Under the pieces are notes generated by a model that ran no database searches, had not been told where the DNA came from, and saw only the letters and a program-made list of their open reading frames with translations. A program made the translations under genes and the position numbers. Of a stretch of DNA of 64,000 nt, positions 20,464 through 30,189 are shown one piece after another. Source of the stretch: Anaerolineae bacterium (GTDB lineage: Bacteria > Chloroflexota > Anaerolineae > UBA1429); the NCBI GenBank assembly GCA_963675785.1, contig OY776562.1, positions 2,080,001 to 2,144,000 of the forward strand, read 5' to 3'. Positions within the stretch are counted from its first letter, which is position 1. Every line of letters begins with the position of its first letter.

Positions 20464-20780
20464 TTATATTTTATATCCGCACTCCTGGCGCCTATTTCGT
20501 GCCGTAGCTCTCTCCTCTTCAGTGAAGAGTTCAAAGTATTTTTCGTCAAGGACATGTGCCTCCACGGTCAAATCGAGTCGACCACACTCCCAAAGTCTAG
20601 TGTATCCTTCAGAAGGAGTCTCTTGGCGGTTCCAACCGCACCATATTCATCCAACATCTCGAAGAAACGTGTAGATGTATAGTGACACACTTGCTTTGCT
20701 CGCTTTGCTCGATGATATATCTCACGCATTGCGGCCTCGAAATCAGCCTCAATGGGGCCCCCATCATTTTTCATCTTCAC
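20464..20780 (-). pseudogene. Frameshifted gene for a small (~100 aa) conserved hypothetical protein
   Basis: One frame reads FEAAMREIYHRAK..STRFFEMLDEYGAVGTAKRLL. The family C-terminus PSEGYTRLWECGRLDLTVEAHVLDEKYFELFTEEERATARNRRQECGYKI* continues in another frame from about 20615. Confidence 0.75.
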
Positions 20781-20922
20781 GCTCCTGCGACAATGATCCC
20801 TGATAATGCCGAATATGAAGCAATTCTTGTTTTATTGATAAACTTACAACTGACATTAAAAGCTAGCTAATCAGTTAGAAAATCAAGCTCATATCATCTC
20901 ATCGAAAGTCCAATCGTACATC

Positions 20923-20954
20923 AAAAAAGCTCCTGTATCCAAAGATACAGGAGC
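20923..20954 (-). terminator. Intrinsic terminator
   Basis: gctcctgtatc/gatacaggagc stem with a T6 tract on the minus strand. Confidence 0.8.
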
Positions 20955-20980
20955 CTCTCATACATTACACTTCTACACTT

Positions 20981-21083
20981 GCTCAGTGCCATCTCAATCG
21001 GTCACCACATACAAATTAGGCATGAAAGACAGATAAATCTCCTTGATCATGAACGGGTGATAGGCCTCGATGACCGAGCGGGC
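20981..21083 (-). repeat. Degenerate copy of the amidohydrolase 3' end (direct repeat of 22239-22341)
   Basis: Ungapped hand alignment gives 86/100 identity; a Trp TGG codon is TGA in this copy. Confidence 0.9.
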
Positions 21084-21088
21084 TGCCT

Positions 21089-22072
21089 TTACATAGACTG
21101 CCTTGCCTCCTCCTGTGGGTAGAGGAAACACAACCCCAAAGGCACAAGTACTGGATATAAAGACATGAGCATACGCACTTCATACCAATAGCCCCAAACC
21201 ATAATAGTAATCAGATAGAAAGGTATCACCAGAGCAACACGTTTCAGAAAGCGTGGCGCATGTTTGAATCCAAACAATGAAAAGAACCAGAAACCGCCCA
21301 AGAATAGACTGACATTGACGAATGTGCGAAGCAAGCGATCTGGCATGAGATTGCACGCTAGTATGTCCGCAATTGTTCCCACGTGGGGAGCATCTCCACG
21401 AAAGTAGCGAAGCCCCAAAAAGATCATCGTCCATGTTAGTAGCAATCCGCCGCCCACAAGAACTATGTTCCGGCTAGACCGGTTTCTGACCTTTAAGATA
21501 CCTTTTACGTCAAGTGTAAATCCGAATATCAGGGGTATGAATACCGCTGTTTCTCGGTTCAATGAGGCCAGCGCCATGATCAACCCCAGAATCCAATAAT
21601 GTTTGCCGCGAATCGCAATCAACGCCGCTGAAAAGAAAGCGGGTTCTAATAAAGACCAAGGCTGGAAGTAGTGATTCTGAAATGTGATGGGCATCACACC
21701 GGCAATAAATAGAACGCCTATAAGCGCTTGATCTTGGCTAAACCAGAGCTTCAGCCACAGAAAAAGCATCATGAGTGTGGCAAATATGCTTGCCAGATCA
21801 CACATCACATAGGCTGCTAGGAAGGCTGATTTTGCAGAAAGGACCAGGGACAAGGCTCTTGTAAGGATCTCAGCTACGAAAGGGATGAGTATTCTGTAGC
21901 GATAGGGCGAAGGAGCTGTTCCCGCTATGATCTGGTTATGCAGATCTAGTCGTGATCCATAGCTCAGCAATTCGACTCGACAAAAGTATACATACGTTAA
22001 CACAGCTGATACAGAGAGAATGAGGAGGAGAACCCTCGAATCTATTTTCTTTTCAGTATCTCGAATTGCCAT
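21089..22072 (-). CDS. Hypothetical polytopic membrane protein (possibly GT-C glycosyltransferase-like), low GC
   Basis: About 9-10 TM segments; PYRYRILIP, LNRETA and EVRMLM motifs; AT-rich flanks. Confidence 0.6.
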   Translation of the reverse strand: MAIRDTEKKIDSRVLLLILSVSAVLTYVYFCRVELLSYGSRLDLHNQIIAGTAPSPYRYRILIPFVAEILTRALSLVLSAKSAFLAAYVMCDLASIFATLMMLFLWLKLWFSQDQALIGVLFIAGVMPITFQNHYFQPWSLLEPAFFSAALIAIRGKHYWILGLIMALASLNRETAVFIPLIFGFTLDVKGILKVRNRSSRNIVLVGGGLLLTWTMIFLGLRYFRGDAPHVGTIADILACNLMPDRLLRTFVNVSLFLGGFWFFSLFGFKHAPRFLKRVALVIPFYLITIMVWGYWYEVRMLMSLYPVLVPLGLCFLYPQEEARQSM

Positions 22073-22233
22073 TGCACCCTTCATTTTACCATGAAAACAG
22101 GTTGACCATCCTAATGACACAAGTTTTATATTGGAAAACTATATTAAAAAACACAATAGAACATAAAAATATATCTTATCAAGCAAGGAACATGAAAAAT
22201 ATTAGAGGCTAGATAGAAAATCTCACTGGCCAC

Positions 22234-23568
22234 TTATAGCTCAGCGCCATCCCAATCGGTCACCATGTACAAATCACGCATGAACGACAGATAACTCTCT
22301 TTGGTCATGGGCGGGTGGTAAGCCTCGATGACCGAGCGAGCCTCGGCGGCGCCGTCGATGAGCAGATCAATGATGGTCATGGCAGCGGCACGGGCGGGGG
22401 CCATATAGGCCATGTCCTCGTCCACCACGCAGTAATCGGCGCCATGGCCAGTTCCTCCGCAGCCACGAGCCGTAGCCTCGATGGCCGGCATGATGTGGCT
22501 CAGATCGCCAATATCGGTCGAGCCAAAGCCGCGCTCAGGCGCGCTCCAGCCATCCTCCCCCACCAGGGTGATGGCGTTGCGCTTGTAAACCTCTACCAGT
22601 TCGTCCGAAACCAGCTTGGGCAAATAGCCGGGCAGGGTCTCGATGCGCACCTTGGCACCCATGGCCAGCGCGCCCGCCTTGAGCGAGCGATCGACTTTGG
22701 CCGCGGCCTCCAAAATAGCCGGCACGGTAGCGCCACGCACATAGGTTTCCATGCGCACGTCGGCGGGCACCACATTCACCAGTTCGCCGCCCTTGGTGAT
22801 GATGGGATGCACGCGAATGTGGTCCGAATCCTTGAACGTCTCGCGGTTGGCATCGATGGCCTGTAGGCCCAGCATGGCCGCCTTGAGGGCGTTGATTCCC
22901 GCATGGGGCGCGCCACCGGCATGGGCCGCCTTGCCCGTGTAGCGAATCTGTTTAACCACACAGCCATTGGAGGGGCCGCCCACCGAAAAGAGGGAGCCCT
23001 CGCTCGCACTGGATTGGTGGGTCGCAAGACAGAGATCAATGTCGTCAAAGGCGCCAAGCTGGATCATCTCCGGCTTGCCCCCTAAGAACTCGATCTTGCC
23101 CTCTTTACGCAGACCCAGGCGGTAAGCCACCTCGACATACTCCTCGGCGGGCACCGACATGAGCGCCAGATTGCCGTCCAGCTCGTCCATCACGCCGGAT
23201 TCGGCAAAACCGTAGGCCAAGGCCACCAGGTTGGCGATCTGGGCGTTGTGGCCGCAGGCATGAGCCGCGCCCGTCTCCGGGTCGGCGTCGGGGTGATCCT
23301 TGACCAGCACCGAATCCAGCTCGCTCAGGTACGCCACGGTAGGGCCCTCGCTGCACCCTTTGAACACCGTCTTGGAGCCAGTGATGGCCAACCCCGTGGT
23401 GGGCTTGAGGCCCAAACCAGTGAGGTGCTTCTCCACCAGGGCAGCGGTGCGGTGTTCCTTATAGCCCAACTCGGGGTGCACGCGAATATCCTCGCCCAGG
23501 GTCACGATCTCGTCGCGGTGGGCATCGATAGCGCGGCAGACCCGCTCTTTGAGTTCTTCCCGATTCAT
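22234..23568 (-). CDS. M20-family amidohydrolase (AbgB/Acy1-like)
   Basis: HPELGYKE, SELD, HACGHN, PAEE, GKAAHA, GSTDIG; start MNREELK at 23568. Confidence 0.9.
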   Translation of the reverse strand: MNREELKERVCRAIDAHRDEIVTLGEDIRVHPELGYKEHRTAALVEKHLTGLGLKPTTGLAITGSKTVFKGCSEGPTVAYLSELDSVLVKDHPDADPETGAAHACGHNAQIANLVALAYGFAESGVMDELDGNLALMSVPAEEYVEVAYRLGLRKEGKIEFLGGKPEMIQLGAFDDIDLCLATHQSSASEGSLFSVGGPSNGCVVKQIRYTGKAAHAGGAPHAGINALKAAMLGLQAIDANRETFKDSDHIRVHPIITKGGELVNVVPADVRMETYVRGATVPAILEAAAKVDRSLKAGALAMGAKVRIETLPGYLPKLVSDELVEVYKRNAITLVGEDGWSAPERGFGSTDIGDLSHIMPAIEATARGCGGTGHGADYCVVDEDMAYMAPARAAAMTIIDLLIDGAAEARSVIEAYHPPMTKESYLSFMRDLYMVTDWDGAEL

Positions 23569-23590
23569 GGCGTACCTCGCTTTATGTGAA

Positions 23591-24925
23591 CTAGATTTCG
23601 ACGCCGTTCTGCTGCACCACCTGGCTATAGTAGCGGGCACTGTCCTTGAGGATGCGCTCTTGTGTTTTGAAATCGACATAGACGATGCCAAAGCGCCGCT
23701 CATAGCCCCAAGCCCACTCAAAGTTGTCCATCAGCGACCAGGCATAATAGCCCTTGAGCGGTGCGCCCATCTCGATAGCCTTGTGTGCTGCCACAAAATG
23801 CTTGCGATAGTAATCGATGCGCTTAACATCGTGTACTTTGCCATCTTCCACCACATCCGGGTAGGCACAACCGTTCTCCGTGATATAGATAGCCTTGGGG
23901 GCATAGTCATTGGTCAAACGCATGAGCAAATCGGTCAGGCCCTGCGGATAGACCTCCCAATCCATGGCGGTGTATTCACCAGCCGGGTGCAACGAGGTGT
24001 ATTCCAACGGCTTGGAGGCATCGTATTTGGCCACATCGCGGGTGTAATAGTTGACACCCAAAAAGTCGATGGGCTGGCTGATGATGGCCATGTCGTCCGG
24101 TTCGATACGCGGCACCTGAGCGCCGTATACATCCCACATATCCTCTGGGTAGCTGCCTTTGAAGATGGGATCAGCGAACCAGCGGTTGAGCTGGCCATCG
24201 CTGCGGCTGGCCGCAAGCTGATCCTCATCCCTATCAGTAGCGGGGTAGACGTGGTTCATGTTCAGGGTAATACCCACCTGGGCATCAGCGCCGCCCAACT
24301 CGCGCAGCACTTGCATCGAAAGGCCGTGAGAGACCAGCAGGTGATGAGCCACTTGTAGAGCAATGCCACGATCCTCAACGCCGGGAGCGTGGTCGCCAGT
24401 TAGATTTCCCAGCATGGAGACCACCCAGGGCTCGTTGTGAGTGATCCACGTTTTCACACGATCGCCCAGGCGATTAGCCACCACTTCGGTGTAATCCTGG
24501 AAACGATAGATGGTATCGCGCGAGGCCCAGCCACCCAGCTTTTGCAGCTCAGAGGGCAGGTCCCAATGGTAGAGGGTTACGGCTGGCTGAATGTTGTACT
24601 TGAGCAGCTCATCGACCAACTTGTCGTAAAAGTCGAGGCCGGCCTCGTCCACCTTGCCCTTGCCGGCTGGCAGCACGCGGGGCCAGGCGATGGAAAAGCG
24701 GTAGGTCTGCATGCCCAGCTCTGCCATCATGGCCACGTCCTCGCGATAGCGATGCACATGGTCATTGGCCACATCACCGGTATCGCCGTTCAGCACCTTG
24801 CCGGGCCAGCGGCAAAACTCGTCCCAAATACACATGCCGCGTTCATCAGCAGCCCCTTCGATTTGAAACGAACTGGTGGCCGTGCCCCAGATGAAATCCT
24901 TTGGAAAGCTCAATATATCGGACAT
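23591..24925 (-). CDS. GH1 beta-glucosidase
   Basis: FIWGTATSSFQIEG, HNEP (acid/base), ITENG (nucleophile), DNFEW. Confidence 0.95.
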   Translation of the reverse strand: MSDILSFPKDFIWGTATSSFQIEGAADERGMCIWDEFCRWPGKVLNGDTGDVANDHVHRYREDVAMMAELGMQTYRFSIAWPRVLPAGKGKVDEAGLDFYDKLVDELLKYNIQPAVTLYHWDLPSELQKLGGWASRDTIYRFQDYTEVVANRLGDRVKTWITHNEPWVVSMLGNLTGDHAPGVEDRGIALQVAHHLLVSHGLSMQVLRELGGADAQVGITLNMNHVYPATDRDEDQLAASRSDGQLNRWFADPIFKGSYPEDMWDVYGAQVPRIEPDDMAIISQPIDFLGVNYYTRDVAKYDASKPLEYTSLHPAGEYTAMDWEVYPQGLTDLLMRLTNDYAPKAIYITENGCAYPDVVEDGKVHDVKRIDYYRKHFVAAHKAIEMGAPLKGYYAWSLMDNFEWAWGYERRFGIVYVDFKTQERILKDSARYYSQVVQQNGVEI

Positions 24926-25065
24926 TGCATTCTTCTCCTCTAAGAAAATCTTGGCCAGTCTAAAGCGAGAGACGTTATCTGTCAATCATAGGCCAGTCTA
25001 CCGTTGTTTTTAGCCCCTCTATTTGATAGACTGGAACAAGATAGATCATAGCAAAGGAGCATCAT

Positions 25066-25521
25066 ATGATCACCGAAGGACAGGTAGCACCTGATTTTAC
25101 ACTTGAATCTGACGAGGGTGAACAAGTTACTCTTTCGTCATTTCGCGGTAAAAAGATCGTTCTCTATTTCTATCCCAAAGACGATACGCCGGGTTGTACC
25201 AAAGAGGCCTGCAGTTTCCGCGATGACTATGGCCAATTCACCGCCAAGGGTGCGGTGGTAATTGGCGTTAGCCCCGATGGGCAGGCGTCGCATAACAAGT
25301 TCCGCGCCAAGTACGAGCTACCGTTCCTGCTGCTCAGCGACCCCGATCATGCCGTCGCCGAGACGTACGGTGCCTGGGGCGACAAGCAAATGTACGGCAA
25401 GACCTATCAGGGCATTCTCCGCTCTACCTTTGTCATTGACGAGAACGGCAAGATTGCCAAAGCCTTTATCAACGTCAAACCTGCCGGGCACGCACAACAA
25501 GTGCTGCCCTTCCTGGATTAA
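25066..25521 (+). CDS. bcp: Thioredoxin-dependent peroxiredoxin Bcp
   Basis: YFYPKDDTPGCTKEAC. Confidence 0.95.
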   Translation: MITEGQVAPDFTLESDEGEQVTLSSFRGKKIVLYFYPKDDTPGCTKEACSFRDDYGQFTAKGAVVIGVSPDGQASHNKFRAKYELPFLLLSDPDHAVAETYGAWGDKQMYGKTYQGILRSTFVIDENGKIAKAFINVKPAGHAQQVLPFLD

Positions 25522-25524
25522 GAT

Positions 25525-26766
25525 ATGTCAGAGACTGCCCAGTCAGCCGCCCTGCCCTGCTATCCTGGCTTTGTAACACCCGAGATCGCAGGCACCGGGG
25601 GTACAATCCGCGATCATGACGCCGATTTTTGCGTCGAAGAGCTGCCCCTCTACCGTCCAACTGGTGAGGGGCAGCATACACTTTTCCTCATCGAAAAAGA
25701 GGGCATCGACACCCGCCGGGCCGTCCGCGATATCTCCCGCGTGCTGCACACCAGCCCCCGCAATGTGGGCACGGCCGGGCTAAAAGACGCCCACGCCATC
25801 ACCCGACAATGGCTTTCGGTGGAGGGTGTGGCTCCCGAGCGCTTGTTCTCACTGGATCTGCCACATATCAAGGTGTTGGAAGCAGCGCGCCATCGCAACC
25901 GCCTCAAGATCGGCCATCTCAAGGGCAATCGCTTTTCCATTCGTATTCGTAACGTCGAGCCTGCTGCACTGCAAACTGCCGAGCAGGTCATGCAGATTCT
26001 AGCGGCCAAGGGCGTGCAGAATGGCTTTGGGCCGCAGCGTTTTGGCTTGCGCGGCAAGAGCCATCTTTTGGGTTCGGCCAGCATCCGCCAGGATTGGGAC
26101 GCTTTTTACCATCACTTTTTGGGTGCCCCCAGCGAGGATGACGAACCAGCCGAAAAACAGGCTCGTAGCGCTTTTGACGCAGGCGATATCGAGACCGCGC
26201 TGACTACCTGGCCCTATCGCGGTGGGGAAGAAACCCAGGCGTTGCAAGCCTGGGCCCACGGCACCAAACCACAAGCCATTTATGCGAATCTGCCTCTTTC
26301 GTTGCGAAGGTTGTTCGCGGCCGCCTATCAAGCGCATCTCTTTAACCTGTTGCTGGCCCAACGCCTCGATGAAATGGGTACGCTGTTGGACGGTGATCTG
26401 GCCATCAAGCATGAGAACGGCGCCTTTTTCCTGGTTGAGGATGCCGCCGCAGAGCAGCCGCGCGCCGACGCCCTAGAGATCAGCCCTTCAGCACCACTGT
26501 ACGGGTTCAAAGTACGTCTTGCTCACGGCGTGCCCGGAGATCATGAGCATGAATTGATGCGCCGAGAAGGGCTGGATGAGGATATCTGGCGCGTGGGACA
26601 TGGCGTGCGCATGCCCGGCGAGCGGCGCCCATTGCGAGTTCCGCTGATGGAAGAACCGCGAGTGTTTTGGGACGAGGGTATTATGGTGCAGTTTGCGCTG
26701 CCGCCGGGGGCTTATGCCACCAACATTGTTCGCGAAATTACCAAAGAAGAGAGCCCTGGAGATTAA
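25525..26766 (+). CDS. truD: tRNA pseudouridine(13) synthase
   Basis: DFCVEE, AGLKDAHAITRQW, GHLKGNRF, NGFGPQRFG, LPPGAYAT. Confidence 0.93.
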   Translation: MSETAQSAALPCYPGFVTPEIAGTGGTIRDHDADFCVEELPLYRPTGEGQHTLFLIEKEGIDTRRAVRDISRVLHTSPRNVGTAGLKDAHAITRQWLSVEGVAPERLFSLDLPHIKVLEAARHRNRLKIGHLKGNRFSIRIRNVEPAALQTAEQVMQILAAKGVQNGFGPQRFGLRGKSHLLGSASIRQDWDAFYHHFLGAPSEDDEPAEKQARSAFDAGDIETALTTWPYRGGEETQALQAWAHGTKPQAIYANLPLSLRRLFAAAYQAHLFNLLLAQRLDEMGTLLDGDLAIKHENGAFFLVEDAAAEQPRADALEISPSAPLYGFKVRLAHGVPGDHEHELMRREGLDEDIWRVGHGVRMPGERRPLRVPLMEEPRVFWDEGIMVQFALPPGAYATNIVREITKEESPGD

Positions 26767-26779
26767 TCTCCAGGGCTCT
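26750..26779. terminator. Bidirectional hairpin between truD and tatC
   Basis: Perfect agagccctggagat/atctccagggctct stem. Confidence 0.75.
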
Positions 26780-26782
26780 TAT

Positions 26783-27547
26783 TTAGCTTGCGGGCTCTTG
26801 CTCGTGTTTCATCGGCCTGGCTAGTTTAGAGAGAAGAACGCCAATCTCGAACAGGAAGTAGATCGGCACCATGACAATCACCATGTTGATCGGATCAGGT
26901 GTTGGCGTCACCAGGGCCGCCACCACCGCCGCAATAACGATGGCATACTTGCGAGCCTTGGCATATTGTTGGCTGGTGACAATGCCCATGCGTGCAAAGA
27001 GGTACATGAGCAGCGGCGTTTGGAATACCACGCCCATCCAGAACATCACTCGCGTTGTGAACGATACATAGCTTTGCAGTGTCCACTGGTTGTTCACAAT
27101 TTCAGACAGGAACCCCTGCATAAAGGTGATGGCCGCCGGTAACATGACGTACGCGGCAAAAGCAATGCCACCCGCAAAAAAGATCGTCACGCCGGGAAGC
27201 ATAAAATACAAATAGCGCCTCTCGTTGGGGAGCATTGCTGGCAAAATAAAGGCAATGATCTCATAGACAATGACCGGCATGGCGCCGATCAAGCCTAAAA
27301 TGAGCGCGATTTTGAAATAGACCACCAGCGATTCGGTCGGTTCGATAGTTTGGGGCACATAATCGCCTAGCGGCACAAGCAACACCTCTAGGAAATTCTG
27401 GGTGAACATCATGCCGATAACCATACCGATGACCACGGCGATAACGGCCACAATCAAACGAGTACGCAGTTCAAGCAAATGCTCAATAATGGTGAGCTCA
27501 CGTTCGTCTCGGGGCGTCTTGGGGCTTTCTGTTACGGCTTCTGCCAT
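26783..27547 (-). CDS. tatC: Twin-arginine translocase TatC
   Basis: EHLLELRTRL, FILPAM, FQTP, VTPTPD; 6 TM. Confidence 0.95.
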   Translation of the reverse strand: MAEAVTESPKTPRDERELTIIEHLLELRTRLIVAVIAVVIGMVIGMMFTQNFLEVLLVPLGDYVPQTIEPTESLVVYFKIALILGLIGAMPVIVYEIIAFILPAMLPNERRYLYFMLPGVTIFFAGGIAFAAYVMLPAAITFMQGFLSEIVNNQWTLQSYVSFTTRVMFWMGVVFQTPLLMYLFARMGIVTSQQYAKARKYAIVIAAVVAALVTPTPDPINMVIVMVPIYFLFEIGVLLSKLARPMKHEQEPAS

Positions 27548-27549
27548 GG

Positions 27550-28419
27550 CTATCGCCCCCCTTCATCCTGGTCATCGCTAAAGGAGAATGACAAGGCATC
27601 GCCAAGCGCATCCAGTGGATCATCAGAATCCGTTGGGGACGATTGGGCGGGCTTCTCGACAGTTTTCACCCTAGTCGAAGGCGTCTGCGGTGCAGATGCT
27701 TGTGCAGGCTTGGATTCCGTAGCAACGGCGGATTGCGGCTCAGCTGTTGATTTGGATTCTTCCCTTTTCGGTTCCTCGTCCAAACCAAAAGCACTGCCAA
27801 GCAAATCCGAGATGTCGCCATCCGGCACAGAGACGGGTGGTGCTGCCGGTTTGGGCGTGGGTGTAGAAGCAGGTTGTGTTACTTTGGTAGAAGTTCGGGT
27901 AGAGCGGGAGACAACCGCCTTTTCGGCAGCAGCGATCGCGAGAACCTCATCCACAGGCGGCTGCTGAACAGTTACCGCAGGTTCTGGGGCAGATTCGGCC
28001 ACAGACGTAGGAGCAGATTCAACAGAAACAGCACCATCCTGCTCATTCGAGAGGGATTCGAGTAGCGCTATAGCTTCTTCATCACTCTTATCTCGCACAG
28101 ACGCAGGCTTTTTTGAGGGCACAGAACTAGACGCTGTCGTGTTCGCCTTTTTATCAGGAATAGCGAACTGCGTCGGCGTAAAGCGCCACTGTGTTGGCGT
28201 CTTGTTTTTTTCTGAAAGCTCTTCAATCTCGGCGTCCTGAACGACGCCTTCGAGTGCATCTTTGAACTCTTTGGTTACCTCTGAGGTCTCACGACGAAAT
28301 TGGGCGAACCATTTTCCAGCCTTGCCGGAATATTCGACCATCTTTTCGGGACCCACAGCCACCATAGCCAGAACGAGGATAACCAACAATTCTGGGATGC
28401 CGATCCCAAAGATATCCAT
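27550..28419 (-). CDS. tatB: TatB/TatA-family subunit with a long low-complexity C-terminus
   Basis: MDIFGIGIPELLVILVLAMVAVGPEKM; about 200-aa S/T/P/A/E-rich tail. Confidence 0.8.
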   Translation of the reverse strand: MDIFGIGIPELLVILVLAMVAVGPEKMVEYSGKAGKWFAQFRRETSEVTKEFKDALEGVVQDAEIEELSEKNKTPTQWRFTPTQFAIPDKKANTTASSSVPSKKPASVRDKSDEEAIALLESLSNEQDGAVSVESAPTSVAESAPEPAVTVQQPPVDEVLAIAAAEKAVVSRSTRTSTKVTQPASTPTPKPAAPPVSVPDGDISDLLGSAFGLDEEPKREESKSTAEPQSAVATESKPAQASAPQTPSTRVKTVEKPAQSSPTDSDDPLDALGDALSFSFSDDQDEGGR

Positions 28420-28470
28420 CTAACGATTCCTCCTCGTGTTGCGCCGGCAAGGCACTAGTCGTCGATACGG

Positions 28471-28914
28471 CTATGCCGCTCCCTTGCTGGGTTCGATGGA
28501 AATACCCAGCTGGTGGCGTTGACTGACCAAAGTACCCAGCACACCATTCACAAAGCGACTCGAGCTGTCGCTTCCATATCGCTTGGCAAGCTCGACGGCT
28601 TCGTTAATGGCGACCTTGGAGGGTGTATCATGATAGAACAACACTTCGTACGCAGCCAGACGCAGGATATTCCGGTCAACACAGGCCATCTGTTCGATGG
28701 GCCACTCTGGGGCAATTCGTTGGATAATATCGTTCAGCAACTGCAAGTGCTCAACAACACCCGTAACAAGTGCTCGGCAAAAGGCTTCTGTCTCGGCATC
28801 CATCTCGACTTCAGTAAGACGATGGTAGAGTGCCAAAGTTGGATTATGCTGCACCGTATCGACCTCAAAAAGGGCCTCAAATGCAGTGACTCTCGCCAAT
28901 CGCCTGGGCTTCAA
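28471..28914 (-). CDS. nusB: Transcription antitermination factor NusB
   Basis: VDRNILRL, VAINEAVELAK, FVNGVL. Confidence 0.95.
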   Translation of the reverse strand: MKPRRLARVTAFEALFEVDTVQHNPTLALYHRLTEVEMDAETEAFCRALVTGVVEHLQLLNDIIQRIAPEWPIEQMACVDRNILRLAAYEVLFYHDTPSKVAINEAVELAKRYGSDSSSRFVNGVLGTLVSQRHQLGISIEPSKGAA

Positions 28915-28917
28915 AGG

Positions 28918-29283
28918 TTATTCCCCTTTAGTGGTAGAGTCAGTAGGCACATCCCGGACATCTTGAACGCTCACGTTCACAGCAAGAACGGGCATACCTA
29001 CCATATCAGTAATCGCTCGCGATACATTCGCCTGGATTTTACGGCCGATCTCAAGGATATTGGCATCCTGCGACACCACGATCGAAATATCGACCGAGAC
29101 CGCGTCATCAATTACCTCAACGCGGATCCCATCCTGAGCACCCTTGCCACGAAACCAACGGTCTACACCAGTTGAAAGATCGCGATACATACACACAACG
29201 CCAGGCACAGAAAGTGTCGTCAGGCGGGCAATGGTAGCCAATACCTGTGGCGAAATGCGTACAGTTCCAAGTCGACGTTCCAT
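28918..29283 (-). CDS. Asp23/Gls24-family protein (YqhY-like)
   Basis: GTVRISPQVLATIA...VNVSVQDV; lies upstream of nusB. Confidence 0.88.
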   Translation of the reverse strand: MERRLGTVRISPQVLATIARLTTLSVPGVVCMYRDLSTGVDRWFRGKGAQDGIRVEVIDDAVSVDISIVVSQDANILEIGRKIQANVSRAITDMVGMPVLAVNVSVQDVRDVPTDSTTKGE

Positions 29284-29303
29284 AGATTCGGCCTCCACAG
29301 TGC

Positions 29304-29336
29304 AAAAAAGGGCCGTGAGGCATGCTCAAGCGGCCC
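29304..29336 (-). terminator. Terminator-like hairpin after rpmF
   Basis: gggccg...cggccc stem with a T6 tract on the minus strand, just before the Asp23 RBS. Confidence 0.6.
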
Positions 29337-29359
29337 AGCGAGGTCGGCAAGTGAATATC

Positions 29360-29542
29360 CTAGTCCTCGACGTTTATGACTGACTCGCCGCGATAATTGC
29401 CACAATGAGGACAAACAGTATGCGGCAGACGCATACCATGGCAGCTTGGACATTCAACCAATTTGGTTGATGTCAAACCGTCATGGCTGCGGCGCCGAAG
29501 TGCACGGCTATGGGATATCCTTCTTTTAGGTAGCGGAGTCAT
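29360..29542 (-). CDS. rpmF: 50S ribosomal protein L32 (zinc-ribbon form)
   Basis: PLPKRRISHSR..CPSC..PHTVCPHCGNY. Confidence 0.95.
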   Translation of the reverse strand: MTPLPKRRISHSRALRRRSHDGLTSTKLVECPSCHGMRLPHTVCPHCGNYRGESVINVED

Positions 29543-30097
29543 CTATTTGTTCCTTTCACCAGAACTCTTAAAATCTTTTGCATCAACCAACTGAGCCAGC
29601 ACGGCTAAACGAGGGTCTCCTGCCATCTGCTCACAGCTGCAGGGTCCTTCATTAAGATTACGGCCGCACTGGGAACACAACCCCTTGCAGTCAGGCTTGC
29701 ACAACACAGGGTCCTCTGTCTCGATCACGGCGAACTGACGAATCACTTCTGTGAGGTCGAGGATATTCCGGCCATCGATCACCAGCTCAGGCTCATCCTC
29801 TGGCATAGCCAGTCGTGCACCCGTTTCCATATCCACAGATGGTAAAAAGACCTCATCGAAGGCAATCTTGTGCATTGCTTCGGTTGCCTCAAGGCAACGT
29901 CGGCAAGAAACAACTAATGGCAAAGAAACCATAACCCGAGCCACTATGCCTTCATTCGTTTTAATCAGCTCGACGTGACCGGTGACCGGAGTGGGCCCCG
30001 GATTAAGCTCATCAATACCCGAGAGCTCGCCGTCCAAGTCGTATCTACGAGACGAACCAACCGGTTCGCGAAGGAGCTGGGCAACGTTATATAACAT
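29543..30097 (-). CDS. DUF177/YceD-family protein
   Basis: CRRCL, LDLTEVIRQ, LCKPDCKGLCSQCG, DPRLA; lies upstream of rpmF. Confidence 0.92.
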   Translation of the reverse strand: MLYNVAQLLREPVGSSRRYDLDGELSGIDELNPGPTPVTGHVELIKTNEGIVARVMVSLPLVVSCRRCLEATEAMHKIAFDEVFLPSVDMETGARLAMPEDEPELVIDGRNILDLTEVIRQFAVIETEDPVLCKPDCKGLCSQCGRNLNEGPCSCEQMAGDPRLAVLAQLVDAKDFKSSGERNK

Positions 30098-30133
30098 AAC
30101 CACATCTCCAGCCAAAGCTCATCTCACCCGGTG

Positions 30134-30162
30134 ATTATACAAATCGCTCACCCAGGTGTCAA
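30134..30162 (-). promoter_or_regulatory. Consensus sigma70 promoter of the DUF177-rpmF operon
   Basis: Exact TTGACA-N17-TATAAT on the minus strand. Confidence 0.85.
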
Positions 30163-30189
30163 AAGACGCGCCAAGTGACTAGAGCGAGG

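Noticed and set aside
23549-24358. Long antisense ORFs (269 aa here; also 34690-35520, 48806-49582, 28513-29175 and others)
   Set aside because: They are shadows of well-supported genes on the opposite strand and have no motifs or RBS.
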